A stretch of DNA of 63,814 nt from Chlorokybus atmophyticus (taxonomy: Eukaryota > Plantae > Mesostigma and Chlorokybus algae), in contig RHPI01000797.1 of assembly GCA_009103225.1 (NCBI GenBank), positions 557,064 through 620,877 of the forward strand, given 5' to 3'. Of this stretch, positions 35,912 through 47,667 are shown piece after piece. Within the stretch, counting starts at the first letter, position 1; each line of letters opens with the position of its first letter. The notes beneath the pieces were generated by a model. That model was not told the DNA's origin. It saw only the letters and a list, made by a program, of their open reading frames with translations, and made no database searches. The position numbers and the translations under genes were made by a program.

Positions 35912-37863
35912 TCAAAGTTGCCACTCGGACAATATGAGCTCAAGAGTTCTTACGCTAGGTACCCACATGGAAGGCCAAGAGAACCCCTGCAACCTCAATG
36001 CAGCCTCGCGCATTCGTTGCCAGCCTTCATCCTCACATGTTGCTTGCGCACCGACTACCATTGCTTGGATGTCATCTGGCAGCAACCGCTGCGCGACGCC
36101 CTTGATTGCCAGCGCCGCACGGTCTGCCTCATTGTCAACTTGTTTACTCAATTCTTGGATTGAAGGGTTCAGCGCAACCAAGGTTGCCCATAATGACAGG
36201 GTGCCAGCGCTGCTTTGACAATTGCGAAGGGCCTGGATCACATCCACTTCATGCCTGTAGTCATCCGGAAGCGAGTAGGTTTCAAAAACAGGCAGGTTGT
36301 GCGGACTGCTCCAACTCCAGCGCTCAGAAGGGAAACCTTGCCAGACACTGCAGGCGCAAGCGGGGGACCAACTAAGTATTACAGTGTGGCAATTGCAATA
36401 GCACCAGCTGAGAGTCATATGCAACAAGTTTTGCATGTGAATTTCTATGGGTTGCAGTAATAAGTGTACATATAGGTAGCATATGGATGAGCATGCCCAA
36501 CGGTATGGCATGCAACAGTATTGCCTCATGGTTGCGCTGTATTCACTGCACCTGCCCAGGCTCTTAGCTGCTTGGCCATACACAGCAGGAATTGGTGGAG
36601 GTATGCGGAAACTGTTGCAGTTGTAGGCATAGACTCGATGCTCCCCGTCAGATATCACTTCTGCTGCAGCATTCTCTAAGGGGAAGCAGACACATGCAAC
36701 ACGAGCGCCTGCAACCAGCAACCGCTTCAGATCGCAAGAGGACACTATGTGGTTTTGCTTGCTGACTATTTTGGGCAATGAGCCATGGACAAGCAACACA
36801 AATGGTACCTGCGCCCAATGCCTTATTCAACTTGTCTCTCAGCTGCTCCAGTCCCTCGGGCAACAATGCAGCTACAACAACTGTCGCTTCTCCCAGATCA
36901 CAGCTGCAGACAGCCGCTTTCGTTACTGCTTCTGAAACCAACCGTTGATCAGTCATCTGTCTGCCTCCGCACACCACATGCACGCTGTGTGGCCTAACAT
37001 GAAACGCACCTCAGCACATCTGCAGTTCTGATCTCAACCAGATCTTCAACACCAGCAGCAGCTACGTTGCCGCGAGCCTGTCAACACACCTGATAAGTGG
37101 TTGGCACGCAGGCTGGTAGTGAGTGCATACAGCAACGTGACCTTGAGATGCACTGGGTTTTATGTGGTAATGAGAACCATACAAGTGACTTACCAGCTCA
37201 GCAATGTCTTCTTCAATTTCAAGTCCAACACCGCGTGCTCCGTACAGCTCTGTTGCTGCAATGTTAAATCGCCCATCACCGCACCCAAGATCGTAGACAA
37301 CATCTTGAGGGGTCACTTTCACTGCAAGCGGATATATTGTTGAGTCCGGTTCCATAAGTCACAAGCTTGCATGCTTGGAAGGTAGATGCTGAAGGCTCGC
37401 CGGCACTCAAACAGCACAGAGGTGCACAACTTAATGCTTGCATGCATGCATGAATGACAAAAGAAGCGTCAACACTTGCACGCGTGGTTGCGTATGCCAT
37501 ATCAAAAGGCGCCTTACCCTACCAAGGGAAGGCGCTTGCTATTAGCTACACTATGCAGAATGAGTTAACAGGCATTGCGCAACTGCCAGTACATCAGTGC
37601 AAGGCGCAATCACTCGCTGACTACCGGTAAGCTGTAACGCATACAGGAGACCGGTTCATAGAGGCAGCAAGTATGACCGACTGCAACAACGTACGACTGG
37701 CTGCAAACTGACTCCATCAATGCCGCATACCCATGCTGAGAGCCAGGCGAACGGTGCGCCAAGTGGAGCGACGGAAGGGCGCCAGCGAGTCGCCCTCCAT
37801 CCAGCGAGGTAGAGGCCATCCCTCGTCCTCCCCCTCAAAGCCCTCCTCACCGACGTCCGCCAT
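35912..37863 (-). CDS. Class I SAM-dependent methyltransferase (FAM173/ATPSCKMT-like core) with an extra C-terminal domain
   Basis: Exon 1 MADVGEEGFE...LAPFRRSTWRTVRLALSM joins VKVTPQDVVYDLGCGDGRFNIAA (motif I); later ATVVVAALLP and RVACVCFPL. A phase-2 intron (36551-36337) joins a further ~140-aa exon. Confidence 0.82.
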
Positions 37864-37884
37864 GCCGCCGCCGCTGACCAATCA

Positions 37885-37893
37885 AAACCCTAA
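37885..37893 (+). promoter_or_regulatory. Telo-box (AAACCCTAA) next to a CCAAT, in the ~200-bp divergent promoter between the methyltransferase and DLST
   Basis: Exact AAACCCTAA between head-to-head ATGs at 37863 (-) and 38067 (+); function is inferred. Confidence 0.35.
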
Positions 37894-38066
37894 TGCAATG
37901 CACTCCAATGCGAACAATGCACTTCACCAGCAGGTCGTTAGCGATGCCCGGCTGCGCGTATTGGCAAGCGTCTGCAGTGTGCAAGCCCACACTGAAACAT
38001 TGCCCATTCTGGCCATAAGGGCAGCTACATCGCGGAGGAGGCGGCGGCGGTGGCCGCTGTGGAGAG

Positions 38067-41000
38067 ATGAGCGCCATGCGGATCGCCGCGCGGGGGGCGA
38101 CGCTGTGGCGTCATGTTCGGCCGGTGAGTGCGCTATAATCTGCTGTGTGCTGCTGATGCCTATTGTTGCTGTTGAGGAGCTGAAGAGTTGGTTAAGGAAT
38201 TCAGCCTACAGCATAACCTCAGCATATACGCTGCATCAAGCTGCATGTATTGCATGATTTAAATTGATATTACTGCAGTGACAGCTTCATTTGGACGGGC
38301 GCTTTGCATGCTAATCACCATGGCAGATCGTGGTTTATATAACGTGCATTATCCTACATGCCGAGATGGTGCCAATCAATGGTCATGACTGCAGCGAGAG
38401 AGCAGCTGCAGTTATATGGTTTCTGGGCAGCTGCAGCCTTAGCATACTTGGGTGAATAATTTAGCAACACATGCACATAGCAGCAAAACATTAGTAACAC
38501 TGTGTGCCAGGTGGTTCTGCGGCATTCAAGTTCAAACGTGGTCATGTTCAAGGAAGCTGAGATTGTAACTGTCACACCGGCGTGCTGATAGCTGCCTCGG
38601 CATTCTTACTTGCAAATTAGTATTGAATTTTAGTCATGTTAAGCCGCTTGCTGGTGCAGTATGTAGTTTATGCTTGGCATGCAGAACGTACATCCGCCCT
38701 GTTGGGCATGTAAAATGCTACTTGCACCTGGCCTTTGGTATGCTGCACGCCAATGTAATGTATACAGAAAGCTACACTGCATGTCTCTATGCTATCGTCA
38801 TGCAGTTGCTGGTGTATGGTAGCGAGCGGTTGCCAGTGTTGATTTGCACTTGCGCCCTGACAAGAGCTACTGCAGGTTGGCATTCGTACAATCCATCAGT
38901 ACACCACGCGCCCGTCTTTATTGGTTCACTTGTCACAAGCATCTGGAAGGGGTAATGGTGCTGTTGTATACCAGACCATTTTACCACAGATGACCTTGAC
39001 TTAGCTCATGACATGACACATCCTCTGTTGCAGGTTCTTCACTCACACCCCCAACCCAATGGTAAGCTAAACATATCATAGCTGGTAAGCTAAAGATATC
39101 ATAGCTTTCAACTACTGTCAACTAATTGCCAGCCAGGCGCTGGGCGCTGTGCTTGCTGCTCGCATAGCGTCCATGTCCTGCGCTATCGACTGTTGCAACT
39201 AGCAGAATTGCATTGTATACATCTGGGTGCTGCGTTATAGTTCTACCAGGATCTATTTGGTTGCCCCTTCATACCCCGTACAGCATGCAGCGCATCACTG
39301 TTACACATGGGTCGGTCAGTTTCTTGCGCACATCCTGGCAGTTAGTGTTGACTGTGGTGCTAATCTGTCCTGAGCAGGTCTAGTTTGCTGAAAAGGGATG
39401 ACTTGGGTTTTGGGTGGCAATTCACCAGAGGGTTCGCAGCAAGCGGTAATCGGGTGCAGTCAGAATGCGCTGCAGAGATTTGTGGACACTAAACACATTT
39501 TTGATAGGAGAAGTGACCATCGAGACCCCTGCAATGGGCGAGTCCATCACCGAGGGAAGCATTGCTGATATTCTGAAAAGTAAGTACCTGTGCTTCCACA
39601 AAAGGCATGCGCTCGAATGTGATTTGCATCATTTGTGATGATGCTGTCCCACAGAGGAAGGAGAGTCAGTGCAAGCTGATGAAGTTATTGCGCAGATTGA
39701 GACCGACAAGGTACATTTGCAGCGTACTGTGTGTTGACTCAATCTCAGCGCCATCCCAGTAGTTGCATGCGCAATCAGCATGGCAATATACCTTGGGTTG
39801 GTTGCCATGCAGGTTACCATTGATGTGCGCGCACCTGAAGCAGGCGTCATTGTATCGGTAAGCCCATCCATCATGCGCATTTCATGTCATTTTGCATACC
39901 TTAGGTGGCTCGGTTCACATGTCCAAGGTGTGCAAGCTTCAGCAGGCACGCTGCCAACTGTCGCATCTCTGAGTGTTGCATGCAATAGCAAGGCTACAAG
40001 TAACTCTTGATCCGCCTGTTCGCTACAGTGGGCAGTGAAGCCGAATGACAATGTTACCGTTGGTCAAAAGCTAGCTACCTTGGGACCTGCTGGCGCAAAG
40101 CCTGCCAAGGCTGCGGAAGAACAACCAGTAGAAAAGGACAAGAAGAAGCCTAAAGAAGAAAAGCCAAAGGAGGAGAAGCCCAAGGTAGAGGTGAAGGAAG
40201 AGAAGCCAAAAGAGCAGAAGCCTGCAGGTGCTCCAACTGTGACCTCTGCATGCACGTCTGCGTACGATATTTCGCTGACAGCTGTGCGTTGCAGCCGCTG
40301 CACCCAAGGAGTCCGCAAAGCCACAAACATCTCCTCCATCTCCTCCACCCTCCTCGCCTGCTACGTCTGGCCCCCGAGAACGCAGAGTATGTCTGGCAGC
40401 GTCTCTCGCGCAAGCACAAGATGTAGCATCTTCATTCTGACTGCCTACAGTGTTGGTGTGCTTGGGCTCACACTTCATCCTGCTTTGCAGGTACCCATGT
40501 CCAGATTGAGAAAGCGTGTAGCACAGAGATTGAAGGACGCGCAGAATACATTTGCTCTCCTGACCACCTTCAATGAGATTGACATGTGAGCGAGAGCAAA
40601 TATGCTGAGTGCACAGGGCCATCGTTTGCAGTCATCGCGACAGCTGTTTTGAACACTGGAGCACTTGCATGTCCAGATTTTACTATGGGTTGTGTACTGC
40701 AGGACGAATCTGATGTCTTTGCGCAATGACTACAAGGACGCGTTCCTCAAGAAGCATGGAGTCAAGCTTGGCTTTATGTCTGCATTCGTCAAGGTAATCC
40801 ACGGTTGCGCCTAAATGCGGTTTGCTGGTTATCCTGGTAGTTATGCTGATTCCCTCATAACTACTGCAGGCATCTGTGGATGCACTGAAGTTGGAACCTG
40901 CTGTGAATGCTGTTATTGATGGTGAGGAGCTGGTCTACCGAGACTACTATGACGTCAGCATCGCTGTTGGGACGCCCAAGGTACCGTAACAACCTGAGCA

Positions 41001-41624
41001 TCGCTGTTAGCAAATGAGCAAGCAGCATGTCCGAAGCATCACGCTATCTCGTGGGTGGTCGCTCTGAGTGCATTGCTAACATGATGGTGGTTGCACGCAG
41101 GGTCTGGTTGTTCCAGTGTTGCGTAATGTTGACAGGATGAGCTTTGCGGATGTTGAGAAGACCATTAATCAGCTCGGTGAGAAGGCGCGGACTGGTGCTA
41201 TAGCTGTAGAAGACATGGCAGGAGGCACATTCACCATCTCAAACGGAGGCGTGTATGGCAGTTTATTGAGTACACCCATTATCAATCCCCCACAGGTAAG
41301 GACCTGTATATCTAACAATGCTGTCAAGTCAAAAGGCCTGTCTGCATCGCTGTGTCTTGCAGTCTAGACGTGAGCACTTTGGTTTTGAGAAGCAATGGCA
41401 GTGCTCTGTCTAATTCCACGCTTTCTGTGCAGTCTGCTATACTCGGCATGCATGCCATCCAAAATCGGCCCATGTTCATCAATGGCCAGATTGTACCAAG
41501 ACCCATGATGTACGTGGCGCTAACTTACGACCATCGGCTGATTGATGGCCGAGAGGCTGTCACCTTCCTCAAGCGCATCAAAGAGGTTGTTGAAGACCCC
41601 AGGCGTCTGCTGCTTGATGTATAG
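38067..41624 (+). CDS. DLST: Dihydrolipoyllysine-residue succinyltransferase (E2 of 2-oxoglutarate dehydrogenase), mitochondrial
   Basis: Arg-rich N-terminal presequence; lipoyl domain ([11 protein letters not shown]...[16 protein letters not shown]); Lys/Glu/Pro linker; catalytic domain ([62 protein letters not shown]). Confidence 0.97.
39061..39106. repeat. Tandem duplication of a 23-mer in a DLST intron
   Basis: GGTAAGCTAAACATATCATAGCT followed by GGTAAGCTAAAGATATCATAGCT (1 mismatch). Confidence 0.9.
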
Positions 41625-42594
41625 TCACCCGTTGCTGCTTTGCATCATGCTCAGTATGACATGGCGCTTTTATGTAAACAATTCAACAGAATATGAGGTG
41701 AAGCAGTGTCAGCACGACACTGTGCGTGCACTCAACATACCAGTGAACAGCGCAATCTTGCAATTGCACACTCATACATCATGCTGCGACTCAACCAAGT
41801 TGCGCACTGCGTTGGCAGTCGTCTTGGGACTTGCCCCGGCGCATTGCTTGTCCAAGTAGCAAGCCAACACCACGAGTTGATCATCCATACAGTCGTCGCC
41901 TGTTTACAAGCAACCACCTGGGTTGCGTTACACCCGAGGTACTACTCGCCATTAATGCGTGAGTACTGGTGGTATCGTATCATGGCACTCGGCCCTGGCC
42001 TGTGCTAGTGACTGGCATCCCGAGGTATAAGGCACAGTACCACAAGATACATGTAGTACACTGTACAGTGTAGCCCCGTCAGACTCAAAGTCTTTGGTCA
42101 CTCGAAGCGTCAAAAGCGTCACTTTCGAGGCGCGAGCCCGTGTGTGGCCGCGCCACGCAAGTGGAAGCTCGAAATGTACCGTTCGCTGCGCAGGTCAATT
42201 CAGTGCGACACAGAAAGTGCGCAGGCCGTGCACAAACAAAAATCTTCCCCATGGATTTGAGCCACCGGTCAGGTCTTCTGGCAGAAGCCGACTTACCGTC
42301 GGTTGCTTTCTGCGCTTTTAGCTCTGACTCGGTCTTCAAACCCAACATGTCCGGTGAGATCCGAGTGCTTACCCTGACAGTGACGCCAGCCTGCCGACGT
42401 GTCAGCGGTCTAAGCATTAGAGTCTAGAAGCGCCGCAACTGCCACTGTGTGAGCGCAGTATACAAGCAACATTCAGTCATTTCTGCCGGCGGCGGTGTAG
42501 TTGGCGGCGGCGGTATTGTGGTTGTAGTTGTCAGGGACGGGTGTTGACAGGCTTATTGGCTTGATCGAAAAGCAGTGACTTGCAGTTTGCAAGG

Positions 42595-43140
42595 ATGACT
42601 TGCACTTGTGGATCCAATCCATCCGACTGCAATTGTGCCCAGGGCTGCAGCTGCGGTGAGGGCTGCCAGTGCAAGGACTGCGCCTTGCACAATCCGTCCG
42701 CCGGAGGCTCCGGCTGCGATTGCGGCAGCAACTGTTCCTGCGGTGAGAATTGCACCTGCGGCAACAGCTGCAGCTGCACGGCCTGCGGACCCAACAAGCC
42801 ATGCACCTGTGGCTCCAACTGCGACTGCAGCGCCAAGAAGGTGCGTGTTTTGTTGTACGTCTGTCTTGAAGGAAGATGTAACTGCTTAACACAAGCCGCG
42901 CTGGCTGCTTTATCCAGCAGCTCTTGGTTACCGTCAACTTGACATTGCGTGCCGTGCCTATGCACAAGCAACAGTTGCTGCTCTTCCAGTGCGCATGTGT
43001 TGATATTTCGGGCTGGCGGTGCAAGGGTTGTGATTGCTCACAACTGACTTGCCGTTAATTTCCAGGAGGGAACGTCCTGCACTTGCGGCTCCAACTGTGA
43101 GTGTGGCTTCTGCGCTGGAAAGCGTGCATCCGCTGTCTAA
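42595..43140 (+). CDS. Metallothionein-like protein A, 106 aa, 27 Cys (exons 42595-42840, 43066-43140)
   Basis: MTCTCGSNPSDCNCAQGCSCGEGCQCKDC-ALHNPSAGGSG-CDCGSNCSCGENCTCGNSCSCTAC-GPNKP-CTCGSNCDCSAKK|EGTSCTCGSNCECGFC-AGKRASAV*; GT-AG phase-0 intron. Confidence 0.9.
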
Positions 43141-44341
43141 GCCTCAGGCAAGCATCCATGCTTGATAGTGCCGTTGTCAGTTGAGATTATGCTGCTTCTG
43201 TCCTAGAAATGTACGCGTTTGCCAAAAGGTCGGACGGTGGGGTGTGGTTGCCCACTACCTGATGGGTGGGAGATGGAGAGTGAGTTCCCTTCTTTGGCGG
43301 AGAGGTGTTTTCGTGTCAACATATGTGTTGGGTGTGAGTAGGAGAGAAAGGAAGTGAGAGACGGAGAGAAAGAGAGGGGGAGAACAGAAATGTTGGGTAG
43401 CCAGGTGGCTGTTGTGCAGACATGCTGAGAAACGACGGTTGGTTTGAGCGAAGCATACGTTGAGTTGAGCTCGCTGGCTACTAGTTGCATATTTGGGTGC
43501 TGCTGTGACGCTTGCACTCTTGATCGCACTCTAGTCAAACGTCTTCAGTATGATTATGCTGATGGTAACCGGTGTCTTCTGCAGGACAACGACGTCTCAT
43601 GGGAGCATATACCGGCGTGCTTGCCAAAACCAAGTGAAGTGTGTCTATGGCGACTTTGTGACGTGTAGCTTAGTGTACAGGCATGAAACTGTGAACATTG
43701 CTCAGTACTCTGTGCAGTGCGTCAGTGCTTCTAGTCACGGCGTGGCGTTATGCCGGACCTTGTTGTTATGTGATGTTCCCCGTATCATAATACAGTCCCC
43801 ACTTTTCTCTGTACATCTGGTGCGATGGCACTTTGTTGATATTTGCTGTAAATGTTGCGGCTCAGGCAGTTGATGCTTGTAAGGTGGTATATTGCTTTGG
43901 TAGCCACGCTGCAAACCAAGTGGCACATGATATGCCTGACATGACGGCGTTTTGGCGCCATGTTGCCTGTTGTGAGGGTTTCATGCCTGGTGTTGATGTG
44001 TAAAATGATCCTTTTCAACTGCTACATTGCAGTAGCACAGGATGTGCTGTCCGTCGATGGCTGCATGATTGCCACGTTGTGCCGCAGGAGGTTGACAGCT
44101 CAGCCACATGACGCCTGTCAAAGACTCACACGCATACATCCGCCACAGAAGTCACGTCATATACGAAAGGCGTGCAGGCCATGTAGGTATAAGACCTTCT
44201 GCTCTGTGTCCAGGTAGTTGTCGGCAGCGTTTGCGTGAGCATTGTGTGCGTCTTGTGCTTACCCTGCTGGTAGTGTTTCTCCTTTGCTGTCTTGCAAGCC
44301 GGCGCAGCAAGCAACCAACTTCAAGCACACAACCCCTTACC

Positions 44342-45106
44342 ATGGCGTGCTCTGCTTGCGGCGACCCCAAGTGTCCCTGCAACGGCTCACAGTGCACCTG
44401 CGGGCACGAGTGCCACTGCAACACCTGCGCCCAGGCCCGCCCATGCACATGCGGGTTCAACTGCCATTGCAACGCCAAGACGGTTTGTACCTCATTGCGG
44501 CTTGTCTGTGTGTGCCTGCCTGCCCCGCGTGAGGCTGTCTGTCATAGTTCCGCAACGCAAGTTTAAGTAGTTGCATGCCTGACTGGCTGCACCGACACAG
44601 CTACTTGCATGCAATTATACGGTGTTTGCTGCATATTGTGTGCAGTCTAACCTTCAATGACTGCTTAGATGGTCTTGCTGTGCCTTGTCTGGTGATGTCC
44701 GGCATGTGAAGTACTTTGTTGACATCTTGGGGGCATGTGAAGACGAGGCCTAGGTTGGAGAGAGGGCGTGAGGGCTGCTGTGACTTGACAGTGTTGAGCA
44801 TGGTGATGTGAAGCATTACTTGGCCTTCTTGGCTGCATGAGGAGAGGAGGCCTTAGTAAGAAGGAGAGTGAGGAGGAGAGGCTGAGGAGAGAGACAGGTG
44901 GGTGGGAGATGTGGAGATGTTGGGTGGAGGATGAGGCAATTCATGTGTGTAACACAGTGCAGCACCATTATTGGTGTGTGAGACTTTATACCTTCATCAC
45001 TGGCAAACACAGTGGGTGTCGTTGTCTTCGGCAGCAGGGTGGGCCATGCGCCTGTGGACCTGACTGCCAATGCGCGTTCTGTACGGCCAAGCGGTCTGCT
45101 ACTTGA
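44342..45106 (+). CDS. Metallothionein-like protein B, 70 aa, 18 Cys and 3 His (exons 44342-44482, 45035-45106)
   Basis: MACSACGDPKCPCNGSQCTCGHECHCNTC-AQARP-CTCGFNCHCNAKT|QGGPCACGPDCQCAFC-TAKRSAT*; same phase-0 intron position as paralog A (NAGNAG acceptor, exon could start at 45038). Confidence 0.88.
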
Positions 45107-46731
45107 AGGGTTTTGTCATCAATGCGGCGCGATGACTGTTCATGTGCCTCTTCGTCTACCTTACACGGCCCCTAAGTGCTGCCCAGCAGTGCTGCTCTGC
45201 AATGGCCGTAGTGAAACGTTTGTCTGCTGAAACGCCAGAGCATTTGCGTGCATGTTGTGCTCAAGTGGTGAGCAGTGCAGCGTTGTGACAACAAGTGTTA
45301 ACAGTGTATTGTACAGTTGGCTTGACTGATGGAGTACAATGTGACTGTTTCCCCTGCTTGTGGTATGCTAGGCAGGATGGTATGTTGTTTGTGCACTGTA
45401 TGAGGGTTTACTGCTTGCACTTTGCAGTCGTGCGCTTGTCTTGCAAGAGTGTCATGATATGGCAAAGATTGTACATAAACAGATGTACACACAGCGCCCA
45501 TGTGAGCAGGTACTAACTGAATGCATGCTTGTATGTCTAACGGGGCGGGCTAGCATTGGTATAGTGTAGCAAGCAGCCATAGAACTAGCCCGGTGGTTAA
45601 ATTTGATGTGTAAAGCGTGTGTATGCTTGTGCTGATGCATGCCATTCGCATTGTCCACATGCATGCTGCCACCGTACCATACCCCTTATATACAACAGGG
45701 AAAGAGTGAAAGCACAACCTCTATTATCATTGTCATTCAACTGTCCGATATCAGTGCTGCCACCATACCTACCTGCTCAACAACACAACCAAAGACATTC
45801 TCATGCATGCCGTAATCCTTGCATACTATATTATACATACACCCTGTCATCCTAAGCAAGCGCGGTGTCTACATCAGTAGGCGGATTGGAGGAGGCGGAG
45901 GGTCTTGCGGTAAGGGACTCAAAGGTAAAAGAGACTAGCTAGTGTTGGTGGTGAGCATGCGATTATTGGGGTATGCTGCTTATTGAGTTGAGTGTTGGTG
46001 CTGTTGTAAGAGTGTTGCGTGTCGCTGTGCTGATTGCAATGGTACTACAATGTATGTGGCGTTCAAGTAGTATCATGGAGTAGTGCAAAAGATGTGTCAT
46101 GCATAGCGTGCATGTATTGTACAAATATGGTATCAATTTATCGGTTGCTGTTATTTTTGCCATCCATATCGTTTGGTGGGCACTAGTATGCACGTGGACA
46201 TGTGAGTTAACACATATCAAAAGCTCCATGATAATAAAGTGAAGCAACATAATGATGATAATATTGTGTCATGGGCATAATGACGCATATCAACCACACG
46301 TGCATTAGGTGAGCAATTATTATTATTTGTTTGTTGCATGCTCTAGCATCTGTCTGTTGTGCACTTTTTCCCCCACAAACCAACAGTGGATATTGCTTAT
46401 GTCAAAAATGTTCTCTGTAAATTGTAGACGGACATGTAAGTAGATGCAGAAGTTCGCATAAAGACAACTGCAGATACATGAGTAGCGCTTCATCCGCAAC
46501 AACATATGTTAATGTTGATTTTACGCTTAGGCGGTGTGACTAGTTCATTAGCAAAAATGGCTAGAATTTGGATTATCATGGTATTACACTATTTTATGCG
46601 AGTATTGGTGCAATGCTTTGAATTGATTGAACTCATCAATGCATACAATCAATGTATCACATGGATGATAATGATCACTGCATTCAACCAACCATTGTTA
46701 AATCACACCTTTCATGAAAGTCCTTCGATGT

Positions 46732-47239
46732 TGTCACGAATTGGGATAAATTGTGACAGACCTCACTCATGGTAGTGTCTTTTACTACCATAGCCTAGTG
46801 GTCGGGCCCCAATTGTTACAATGGTTTCGGAGCTTGACGTCTCAGGTTCAATTCCCGTAGGGGACTGAGGCAGATCCAAGGCAAAAACAAAAACATTTGG
46901 AGCGGCTTGCCCTAGGCTGGGCGCGGGATCACGACCTGCGCGCCGAGCCAGTTCAACCTAAGGCCGCGTGAGCGGTCGCGCTGCGATGGCAGGTCGCGCG
47001 GTGAGGATGGCCGTTCGGTCGGTTAGGACCGTTCGTTGGCCGGATCCAACAGGCCGCGGGCAGACCGATTGTGGTACGGCCGCGAAAACGGCGACGTGGG
47101 CTAGTGCCTCATTGGATTATGAGGAACTCATGGGTTAAATTGGGGAGGAATGTCACGAATTGGGATAAATTGTGACAGACCTCACTCATGGTAGTGTCTT
47201 TTACTACCATAGCCTAGTGGTCGGGCCCCAATTGTTACA
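46732..47239 (+). mobile_element. TRIM (non-autonomous miniature LTR retrotransposon), 508 bp, very young
   Basis: Identical 89-bp LTRs 46732-46820 and 47151-47239 (TG...CA); PBS TGGTTTCGGAGC 46822-46833; PPT GGGGAGGAA 47142-47150; perfect 5-bp TSD GATGT (46727-46731, 47240-47244); 330-bp non-coding interior. Confidence 0.97.
46791..46855 (+). promoter_or_regulatory. Putative type-2 RNA polymerase III promoter (A box 46791-46801, B box 46845-46855) across the LTR/PBS junction
   Basis: TAGCCTAGTGG fits TRGCNNAGYGG at every position; GGTTCAATTCC fits GGTTCRANTCC at every position; 43-nt spacer. Confidence 0.7.
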
Positions 47240-47595
47240 GATGTGTGCATATGAGGCCACTTAAACATAGCTTTGTCTCCATGCTGTTGCATGCTATCAT
47301 TGACGCTGCTTATGGCTCAAGCACACCACTTTATCATGCGTGCTAATTGCTGCCTATATATCAATGCATAACACCAATACGATGTCATCTTTACTCCTGA
47401 AACAAAGTAGCTGTAAGGTAGGGTGCGTGAGTCTTGGTGTTAGGTTTTCAAACTCACATCCTTGTCCTTAATGTAAAGAACCGTCCCTTGCTTCTTGCAA
47501 ATACAGCCAGTTATGGCTGTATATGCAATCTTGCATATTATATGAACAGCCAACCCATAAAAACAGCCATTAGTTGCAGTGTTTTTGCAACCTGC

Positions 47596-47667
47596 GTACG
47601 TACCGCGCATCGACTGATACGGCTTACGGTACGGCGCTATGAATGTACGGTTCTCGACGTACGGTAC
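47596..47667. promoter_or_regulatory. Dense GTAC / CCGTAC array (candidate SBP-domain factor binding sites)
   Basis: Six GTAC at 47596, 47600, 47629, 47645, 47659 and 47664, plus extra TACGG half-sites; ~130 bp upstream of the ATG at 47795. Confidence 0.6.

Noticed and set aside
42473-43024. Overlapping antisense and alternative-frame ORFs over MT-A (and 44152-44570 over MT-B)
   Set aside because: Shadow frames of TGC-rich Cys codons, which lack stops in other frames.
43942-44159. Three TGACG (as-1/CRE-like) motifs upstream of MT-B, and animal-type MRE (TGCRCNC) sites
   Set aside because: Five-base motifs at this density are near chance; only an isolated MRE match was seen (~43513).
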